From NCBI GenBank assembly GCA_050293845.1, contig JBNKNM010000146.1:1-14073 (forward strand): a stretch of 14,073 bases of DNA, in the 5' to 3' direction. Both the position numbers and the translations under genes were made by a program. Positions 7,990 to 14,073 of the stretch are shown piece after piece (the stretch's first letter is position 1; the number at the start of each line of letters is the position of its first letter). This DNA is from Pseudobacteriovorax sp. (GTDB taxonomy: Bacteria; Bdellovibrionota_B; Oligoflexia; Oligoflexales; Oligoflexaceae). The notes beneath the pieces were generated by a model. The model had not been told where the DNA came from, ran no database searches, and saw only the letters and a program-made list of their open reading frames with translations.

Positions 7990-8322
7990 AGATTTACCGA
8001 CAACCATATTTCTTGCTTCAAAAAACTAGCTATGTTAGCCTTTTACCTTAACAGCTATTTCTTAATTATTCTGGATTGGTTTGCAGCCAAAGTAATAGAA
8101 CGCCTTCCTATCTACAGCTTTCAGACCTTCCATTCAAGTAAAAGATAATGTTTTTGTTCTATTATGAGTCATCAAGAAAAGCAATATGGCATAGTAAATA
8201 GCCTGGTTAAATATACTTATTTGCTATAGTGTTGCGTTACAAGGGTAGATTACACAGCTATAATTATCATGACATGGGTTTAGAGGAAGGGTTCATCAAA
8301 GGATGGTTGATAGCTGGTATGA

Positions 8323-8709
8323 TTAAGCAATATGCTTAGCTTCTGGAACAAGAAGTTCTATGAGTCTTAACAGATCCGAATCACTAAATGGCTTTGAAAT
8401 TAAAATTTGAAGGGGTTCTCTGTGTTTACCATCACTCTGCTTTAAATAAAAATCACCCATATCATTCAGACCTGTCATTCCTAATACTGGTGTATCAGCG
8501 TTTTTCTCCCTTAGTTTATAAGCTAGTTCAAATCCATCCATAGTTGGTAGGGATATATCTAAGATCAGTAATTTGTATTTGTTGCTTTCGAAGAGTTGAA
8601 CTGCCTTGTCCGGAACTGATGTTGAGTGAACTTCAAATCCGAGATCTTGCAGTATCATAGTTAGAGATTCAAGTAGCTCAACATCATCATCAACTAGCAA
8701 AATTTTCAT
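8323..8709 (-). CDS. Single-domain CheY-like response regulator
   Basis: KILLVDDD, phospho-acceptor LILDISLPTMDGFEL, GMTG and ISKPF, with no output domain. The start ATG at 8709 is preceded by an AGGA SD and is preferred over 8730. Confidence 0.92.
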   Translation of the reverse strand: MKILLVDDDVELLESLTMILQDLGFEVHSTSVPDKAVQLFESNKYKLLILDISLPTMDGFELAYKLREKNADTPVLGMTGLNDMGDFYLKQSDGKHREPLQILISKPFSDSDLLRLIELLVPEAKHIA

Positions 8710-8728
8710 TTTATTCCTGCTATAATAC

Positions 8729-8758
8729 ATTATGAATATAGAAACATAGTACTGTAAA
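8729..8758 (-). promoter_or_regulatory. Candidate sigma70 promoter for the response regulator
   Basis: Minus strand reads TTTACA (8758-8753), 18-nt spacer, CATAAT (8734-8729). Consistent with the 8709 start. Confidence 0.3.
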
Positions 8759-9058
8759 AATCGTTTTAAACGTTGGGAAAATATTGCGTAAATTGTTTTA
8801 CCAGTGAATCCATAGGATTTCTGAATGATAACACTTTGCTGGACATAGTATATATCTTACATTTAAAGCGCTACTACATATATTTTCAGAAATTTTTAGC
8901 AGTGACATAGCGGCAAATGAAACCTTGGATTTTTTCACCATCTGAGGCAAAAGTTACCGGCGTTCAAATGAGTTCCATATTTTTCCTGCCTTGACAGTGT
9001 TAGCGATGCAAACATCAAAAGCATCAGAAGCGCTACCGCTTAAACTCATATTAGCTAC

Positions 9059-9127
9059 AGCAGGGATTGTGCATGGCCTGACTCCCCATCAACTCCTGCT
9101 CAACACTGCTTGGGTTGAGGGCCATGC
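9059..9127. other. GC-rich structured element (nested and crossing inverted repeats) just downstream of the cytochrome operon
   Basis: Pairings are GCATGGCC 9071-9078 with GGCCATGC 9120-9127, CTCAAC 9099-9104 with GTTGAG 9114-9119, AGCAGG 9059-9064 with CCTGCT 9095-9100, and TGA 9079-9081 with TCA 9089-9091. There is no U-tract. Confidence 0.45.
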
Positions 9128-9129
9128 TA

Positions 9130-11892
9130 TCATTTAAAGCTAAACGGATTATGACATAATTGGCAAGTTTCATAGCGCGGACCAGCGTGGGGAGGGCTGA
9201 CAACACTTTGGGCATCTAAGAAGTGACAGCCAATGCAGTCCGTAGGTAGAGCCTGATAGTTTCCTTGGTTGTGACAGCTACTACAATCCGTCAAACGGTG
9301 GGCTCCCAAAAGTGGAAACTGGGTTAGATCATGGCTGAAAGTGGTTGAATGCCAAAAATTCTGGGTATGACAATCCTGACAAGGAGTGAGAAAACCATTA
9401 TGGGGATCGTCCTTAGCATGGCAAACCATGCAATCTTCACTGGCTCCCCGGAGCACTCTATCATCAATATGACATTGATCACAACCTAACAGCAAGTGAA
9501 CACCCACTAAAGTGAAGTCACGATGGAAATTATCAGCTTTTTCCCATCCAGCTTCCGTATGGCACTTGGTACAGCGCTGGCCGTTTGATCCTTTATGGGG
9601 ATCCTGATGACAAGTTTGGCAATTCTTCTTTTCCAGTTCTGGGAAACTGTAGAGTCCTTTTCTATTACGAGGACCTTGCCTAAATCGCTTGCGGGTTGGC
9701 TCATGACATTCGCGGCAAGCAACATCCCTATGCTTATAGCGCAATCTAAAGGAAGTTTGATTGTGATTAAAATCCTTACGTTTGGTCCAACGTGTGGTTA
9801 AATGACATTCACCGCAGGGTTTAGAATAAAATTTCCGGCTAAACTGATTACGGTGCTCGTTGTCGTGACAATTAGTACAGTAACCATTGCTTTCACCAGG
9901 GAAATTAAACTTATGAGCTACTTTCGGTGGATTAGTATCGAGCTTTCTATTAGTTTTAACATGGCATTTGAAGCAATCCTTCTTAATAGATGCATGTCGT
10001 CCGGTAAGTTTAAACTTAGTCAGATTGTGATCGAAAGGCTTACGAGTTACAAAATTCACCGTACTGTGACACTCGCGGCATGAAGTCATTCTAATGAATT
10101 CAGAAGAGAATTGCCCCCGATGTACATTCTTGTGGCAATTTTCACAATAGCCGGCATCAGCGAACTTAAATTTAAACTTGTGGGCCACCTTAGGCGGTTT
10201 GGTGGGTAGCTTCCTACTAGTTGGTACATGGCATTTGACACAGTTGCTGGCGAACTTTAAATGGGCCCCAGTAATTCTATAGTCCGTTGTATTGTGGTCA
10301 AAGGGCTTTCGGTTAAAAAAGTTAGTGGTCGTGTGACACTCGCCACAAGACTTTAGATTAAATTTGCGCGAAAACTGCTTTTTGTGAACACTTGTATGAC
10401 AATTAACACAGAAACCCTTATCAGCTTTGGGAAATTTATATTTCCTTTTACCATCAACCAGATGACAAGTCTGACAAGATTGATTCTTATGCTTTCCGGT
10501 TAAGGGGAAACGGGTATTGTCATGAAACTTGCGATCTCCCTCCAAAAATCCCCCAGTAGCCATTTTTTGCCAGCCGAGAGGTGTGTGACAGTTGGCACAT
10601 TTTACCCCTTTAAACCTTCTATGGAAGGCTTTTGAATGGGGGCTTTTGTGACAAGTTTCACAAGTTTTTGACGTTAATTCTTTAAAGAAATAGCGTCTTG
10701 GCTCGTTTCTTTGACCACGAGCCTCATCATTTCTAATGGTGGTATGGCAGTCAAAGCAATCATTCTTTTTATGCTTACCGATAATAGGAAAGCGCGTCTG
10801 GGTATCATGATTAAATCTGATGCGACTCTTCCAACCCAATTCATTATGGCATGAAGCACAATTCGCAAGTATGCCTACCTTTGCTGCCCGATGATTTCGG
10901 TAGCCATGGTGATCAGCATGGCAAGAACCACAGGTTTGATTCAACCCTGCCCACTGATAATAGGCAACACCGCGCCTGGCATTGCTGCCATTTTGTTTAT
11001 GGCAGTCGATACATTTATTACGAGCATGCTGTCCACGTAGTGGAAATGTGGTGACTTGGTGTTTAAATTGGGCAATCCGCCATTGCTCCTGCCCATGACA
11101 GCTATCACAATTGCCAACCCTAAATTTAGGTGAAAGTTTACTACCATGATGATCTGTATGACAAGTCAGGCACTTTCTGGTTTTTAATTCAGGGAATTGA
11201 TATTTTTCCGATCCACGCCCGCGAGGTGCATGACATTTATTACAGCTTTGCCTAGCGTGCTTTCCTATCAAGGCATAACCGGTTTCCTTAAAGTGATCAA
11301 ATTTTTTAGTGTTTTTCCATTCCGTGGTAGTGTGACACCGACTGCATTCAACCTTTGCATACTCACCAGTAAAAAAATGTATATCGTCGTCCTCATGACA
11401 GCCTCGACATGAAGGAGAAGTTCCAAAAAAGCGAATGCCTTCTTTACGAACAAGCTTAGAGCTCCTTGTTTCCTTATGACATTTCTCACACTTTAATCCA
11501 TCATGAGCCCCATCCAACGGAAAGCCAGTCCGTCTATGATCAAAGGATCTTTCATCAAAGCGTGTGGAATCGAAATCGCGTCCTCGATGGTCGCGATGGC
11601 ATGTAATACAGGTTTTACCACCCATTCTTCCGTGGAAAGATATTCTATTTTTAATCTGAACGCCAATTCCCTTGTGACATTTTATACAGCCGGTGATGGG
11701 AATTCCTCCACCAGGATCATGGCAGGTTAGGCAGTCTAAATGTTCTAAGCTTTCATGACCTGACATTAAAGGGCCAGGTGCTAAAAGCTTATTCATTAAA
11801 CCTTCGAATTTTTTTGCATTCCCTCCTTGAGCCCATAGGACATTACTAGGATCACTCAGAAGAAGGATAAATATGATGCTAAATATCTTCAA
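9130..11892 (-). CDS. Very large exported multiheme cytochrome c (33 CxxCH motifs, 11 triheme repeats)
   Basis: 33 CxxCH motifs counted by hand, from CLTCH to CQLCH. The repeat unit is F(D/N)H-x2-3-T-x-(F/Y)-x-L-x-G-x-H...CxxCH...CxxCH-x3-H...CxxCH...W/F. Hydrophobic N-terminal signal peptide (…VLWA-Q). The TTG start has AGGAGG 10 nt upstream and overlaps the upstream gene by 14 nt. Confidence 0.95.
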   Translation of the reverse strand: MKIFSIIFILLLSDPSNVLWAQGGNAKKFEGLMNKLLAPGPLMSGHESLEHLDCLTCHDPGGGIPITGCIKCHKGIGVQIKNRISFHGRMGGKTCITCHRDHRGRDFDSTRFDERSFDHRRTGFPLDGAHDGLKCEKCHKETRSSKLVRKEGIRFFGTSPSCRGCHEDDDIHFFTGEYAKVECSRCHTTTEWKNTKKFDHFKETGYALIGKHARQSCNKCHAPRGRGSEKYQFPELKTRKCLTCHTDHHGSKLSPKFRVGNCDSCHGQEQWRIAQFKHQVTTFPLRGQHARNKCIDCHKQNGSNARRGVAYYQWAGLNQTCGSCHADHHGYRNHRAAKVGILANCASCHNELGWKSRIRFNHDTQTRFPIIGKHKKNDCFDCHTTIRNDEARGQRNEPRRYFFKELTSKTCETCHKSPHSKAFHRRFKGVKCANCHTPLGWQKMATGGFLEGDRKFHDNTRFPLTGKHKNQSCQTCHLVDGKRKYKFPKADKGFCVNCHTSVHKKQFSRKFNLKSCGECHTTTNFFNRKPFDHNTTDYRITGAHLKFASNCVKCHVPTSRKLPTKPPKVAHKFKFKFADAGYCENCHKNVHRGQFSSEFIRMTSCRECHSTVNFVTRKPFDHNLTKFKLTGRHASIKKDCFKCHVKTNRKLDTNPPKVAHKFNFPGESNGYCTNCHDNEHRNQFSRKFYSKPCGECHLTTRWTKRKDFNHNQTSFRLRYKHRDVACRECHEPTRKRFRQGPRNRKGLYSFPELEKKNCQTCHQDPHKGSNGQRCTKCHTEAGWEKADNFHRDFTLVGVHLLLGCDQCHIDDRVLRGASEDCMVCHAKDDPHNGFLTPCQDCHTQNFWHSTTFSHDLTQFPLLGAHRLTDCSSCHNQGNYQALPTDCIGCHFLDAQSVVSPPHAGPRYETCQLCHNPFSFK
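9817..10347 (-). repeat. Two closely similar adjacent triheme repeat units (~88-89 aa) within the cytochrome
   Basis: CGECHTTTNFFNRKPFDHN...CVKCHVPTSRKLPTKPPKVAHKFKF...GYCENCHKNVHRGQFS compared with CRECHSTVNFVTRKPFDHN...CFKCHVKTNRKLDTNPPKVAHKFNF...GYCTNCHDNEHRNQFS. The unit-leading CxECH motifs start at 10347, 10080 and 9816. Confidence 0.85.
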
Positions 11893-13258
11893 AATCAGGC
11901 ACCCTCCTACGGGTTGGAGAGGCTGATTCAGAGCCTATTTGATAGCCTATCATTAACATAAACGATGTCAACGATCTGTCCTGTGCATCGGATTTGGTGA
12001 AAGATGCAGCCCCTCTAAAATCATCCGAAAGGAAAAACGCAAACTCTACATTCAAAGTATTGGGATTTAATTCGTTGCCTGTCGCATATTTTTCTGTTTG
12101 TATTATATAACTACTAAATAGATTCCAATTCCTTTGAAAATAAGATGCTTGTAACACAATAAAGGTGTCGTCACTTAAAAATGCTTTGCGGATTCCATAT
12201 TTAAACCCTAGAGAAAGCCTTTTTCTTAAGTATCCGGTATACAACAGCCCTGCACTCACTTCATTGGAACGTAATCCATCGGCACTTCGGGTCGCACTTG
12301 ATAGATCACCATTTAATTGTAAATTTCTAGTATATCGGTAACGACCGTTTAACTTTACCGTCGTTAAGGTTGAAGGGTCAAGATCATCTCTAATATCTTT
12401 TTTTGTCCTATAGTCTTCCGCGGTAATTCTACTCAAAGAAGTCCGTATCCTGTATCGGCTTCGATAATAAGCATAAGAAAAATAACCACGACGTAGGCTT
12501 ATATTCGGAGCAAGATCAAGATTTGCGAAAGAACTTATGCGCTGAGTAAAACCCAAATTATATGTACCATAGTGGTAAAAATAAAATTTGTTAATAAATT
12601 CATTTAACTCGAAACTAGGGGCTTGAGCAATAGTATTTGTCAGATAGATACTCCGCATACGTTCGGAGTTCTTCGTTTCGTAAACAGTGTAGATACCACC
12701 CTGATTCCCATCGAACCCCCTGACCTCAGGCTGAATACTAGCTGGAGTGACAATGTCTTGGGGGGCAATACCAACAAAGCCGGCGATTCTTAAGTTGCGA
12801 CTATAACGATACCCGTATTCACCACCATCGTTGGCTAGAATCCCAGCCTCAGGAATAGACGACCTTCCAAAACTATAGAAAGTTCGATTGCTCTCCCATG
12901 GCCTTTCATAGGTTAACTCTCGCAACTGAAGAGTATTCTGGGCATCTAGTTGCAGAATTTCATAATCAACCTTGCCAAAGAAATCATATTTATCTCTAAT
13001 ATCTAACCGAATAAAATCCTCTCTACGATTAATTCTTTCATAATCCAAGTTTAATCGAGTAGAAACGATCTGCACATCATTGACTTCGCTTTGTTGATTT
13101 CCTGGAAAATCAATTTGGCTATTGATATACCCAGTTCTCACACTACCATTATACTCTGCACCTTGTGCTGTAGCTACATGCACTAATAATAGGACAAATA
13201 AAACAATATGAATAGATTGGTACCTGGGGTAAATCATATAACCTGCAAAAAATGACAT
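11879..13258 (-). CDS. Predicted outer-membrane beta-barrel protein (porin partner of the multiheme cytochromes)
   Basis: 459 aa with a signal peptide (IVLFVLLLVHVATAQG-A) and no Cys in the mature part. Many amphipathic, aromatic-rich strands (YNGSVRTGYINS, STRLNLDY, EYGYRY, TVKLNGRYRY, SLGFKYGIR, LNVEFAFF, FMLMIGYQI). Located between two cytochrome genes. The start could instead be ATG 13237. Confidence 0.68.
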   Translation of the reverse strand: MSFFAGYMIYPRYQSIHIVLFVLLLVHVATAQGAEYNGSVRTGYINSQIDFPGNQQSEVNDVQIVSTRLNLDYERINRREDFIRLDIRDKYDFFGKVDYEILQLDAQNTLQLRELTYERPWESNRTFYSFGRSSIPEAGILANDGGEYGYRYSRNLRIAGFVGIAPQDIVTPASIQPEVRGFDGNQGGIYTVYETKNSERMRSIYLTNTIAQAPSFELNEFINKFYFYHYGTYNLGFTQRISSFANLDLAPNISLRRGYFSYAYYRSRYRIRTSLSRITAEDYRTKKDIRDDLDPSTLTTVKLNGRYRYTRNLQLNGDLSSATRSADGLRSNEVSAGLLYTGYLRKRLSLGFKYGIRKAFLSDDTFIVLQASYFQRNWNLFSSYIIQTEKYATGNELNPNTLNVEFAFFLSDDFRGAASFTKSDAQDRSLTSFMLMIGYQIGSESASPTRRRVPDFEDI

Positions 13259-13300
13259 TACAAAATATTTTAGCAGTTTTGGGTCCCCATTAACAACTAG

Positions 13301-13534
13301 CTAATTCTGAGGTTTCCAATTACCATACTTGTGGCATCTAACACAATCGTCAGTTGTTTGAGGGTGAGCTGTAGGTTTATCTAAGGAGTGACATGCTGTG
13401 CAAGAATTAAATGTGGAATGGCTTGCCCTAATTTGAGCCGCGCCAGCGCTGAGATCATCTGAAGCCTTTGGGCTTCTTGCCCCACACCCCCATAAGATAG
13501 TGGCAAAAATCCATGTAAAAACTAATACTTTCAT
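13301..13534 (-). CDS. Small diheme cytochrome c lipoprotein
   Basis: 77 aa. Lipobox LWG-C after a hydrophobic stretch. CTACH and CVRCH, plus two extra His (SHS, AHP) as candidate distal ligands. The ATG directly follows the TAA-TAG of the upstream gene. Confidence 0.85.
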   Translation of the reverse strand: MKVLVFTWIFATILWGCGARSPKASDDLSAGAAQIRASHSTFNSCTACHSLDKPTAHPQTTDDCVRCHKYGNWKPQN

Positions 13535-13537
13535 CTA

Positions 13538-14073
13538 TTACCCCGTTTTTACGGCTTCGCCGTGTTTGGTGTCAATTACAATGCCAAGGCTTTCGAGGAA
13601 CTTAAAAGGCAACTCCGCTCCAGCAAAAATAAACAAAAAATCATTTTGAAGTCTGAGCTTACGTCCTTCTTTTTCTACGATAATATATTCTTTTTGTACT
13701 TCTGTTACAGAAGTATTCCACGAAATAACAACTTGTTTTTTCTTTTCCATATCAAAAATTATATTTTGATTATCTTCATTACAACGATCTAGCTGTTCAC
13801 CGCGAACGAGCAAAAAAACTTTATTGCGTCTGCTTGGTTTGGCAAGATACTGGGCAGCTTCTACACCAGCATTGCCGCCCCCTACAACAGCAATCCATTT
13901 TTGTTTGTATTGATCCGGATCCAATAAATTGTAAGTAACCTTAGTTGATTCTTCATTAGGCACTCCCAGCTTTCGAGGACTTCCTCGAGCACCTAAGCAC
14001 ATCATTACCTTTTTAGCTGTAATAACGCCGGTCGATGTTTCAACATGGAAAACGCCGCTTTTTTTCTTTAAAT
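13538..14073 (-). CDS. FAD-dependent pyridine nucleotide oxidoreductase, TrxB/YpdA-like (C-terminal part; the 5' end lies beyond the window)
   Basis: The frame is open to the window edge (…LKKKSGVFHVETSTGVITAKKVMMCLGARGSPRKLGVPNE). NAD(P)H-binding AVVGGGNAGVEAA, an Arg after the beta-strand (LLVRG) and NDFLFIFAG are present. The track's start at 14005 is internal. Confidence 0.88.
   Translation of the reverse strand, partial: LKKKSGVFHVETSTGVITAKKVMMCLGARGSPRKLGVPNEESTKVTYNLLDPDQYKQKWIAVVGGGNAGVEAAQYLAKPSRRNKVFLLVRGEQLDRCNEDNQNIIFDMEKKKQVVISWNTSVTEVQKEYIIVEKEGRKLRLQNDFLFIFAGAELPFKFLESLGIVIDTKHGEAVKTG

Noticed and set aside
7985..8000. Possible sigma54 -24/-12 site (TCGGTAAATCTTTGCA, minus strand)
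   Set aside because: The GG-to-GC spacing is 9 nt rather than the required 10.
8062..8133. 23-aa minus-strand ORF MEGLKAVDRKAFYYFGCKPIQNN upstream of the peptide gene
   Set aside because: No SD, not coupled to the cassette, and of a length expected by chance.
8954..9049. 31-aa minus-strand ORF MSLSGSASDAFDVCIANTVKAGKIWNSFERR
   Set aside because: No convincing SD and separated from the YcaO cassette by the response regulator, so it cannot be supported.
9059..9127. Calling the structured element an intrinsic terminator or an HDV-like ribozyme
   Set aside because: No U-tract, and the P1.1 GG and J4/2 catalytic cytosine are absent. Kept only as an unclassified structure.
9507..11730. Numerous short ORFs on both strands inside the cytochrome gene
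   Set aside because: Alternate-frame or antisense by-products of the 920-aa heme-motif ORF.
13562..13792. Plus-strand 76-aa ORF
   Set aside because: Antisense to the oxidoreductase; a low-complexity F/I/Y translation of A-rich codons.
1..14073. CRISPR arrays, tRNA/rRNA genes, intact IS or prophage genes
   Set aside because: No regularly spaced nucleotide repeats, cloverleaf or rRNA signatures, and no transposase catalytic or phage genes seen.

Overview
Bacterial, AT-rich window in which nearly all real genes lie on the minus strand. The kinase H-box and the orphan family-5 binding protein suggest Bdellovibrionota/Oligoflexia, but that is only an inference. In transcription order (right to left) there are two modules plus extras. 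(1) A tightly linked electron-transfer operon: a 5'-truncated TrxB/YpdA-like FAD/NAD(P)H oxidoreductase, a small diheme lipoprotein cytochrome c, a predicted outer-membrane beta-barrel, and a 920-aa cytochrome c with 33 CxxCH motifs arranged as 11 triheme repeats. This has the layout of a porin-cytochrome conduit. (2) After a stand-alone CheY-like response regulator comes a compact, translationally coupled four-gene cassette: a 66-aa Ser/Thr/Gly-tailed peptide, an orphan OppA/DppA-like peptide-binding protein, a minimal stand-alone YcaO enzyme, and a membrane-bound hybrid histidine kinase with three receiver domains. This cassette is the best candidate for an undescribed system, possibly a YcaO-modified-peptide (RiPP) signalling or quorum-sensing circuit. 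A CPA2/Kef-type K+/H+ antiporter and a possible transposase-like HTH remnant end the window. A GC-rich structured element follows the cytochrome stop codon.
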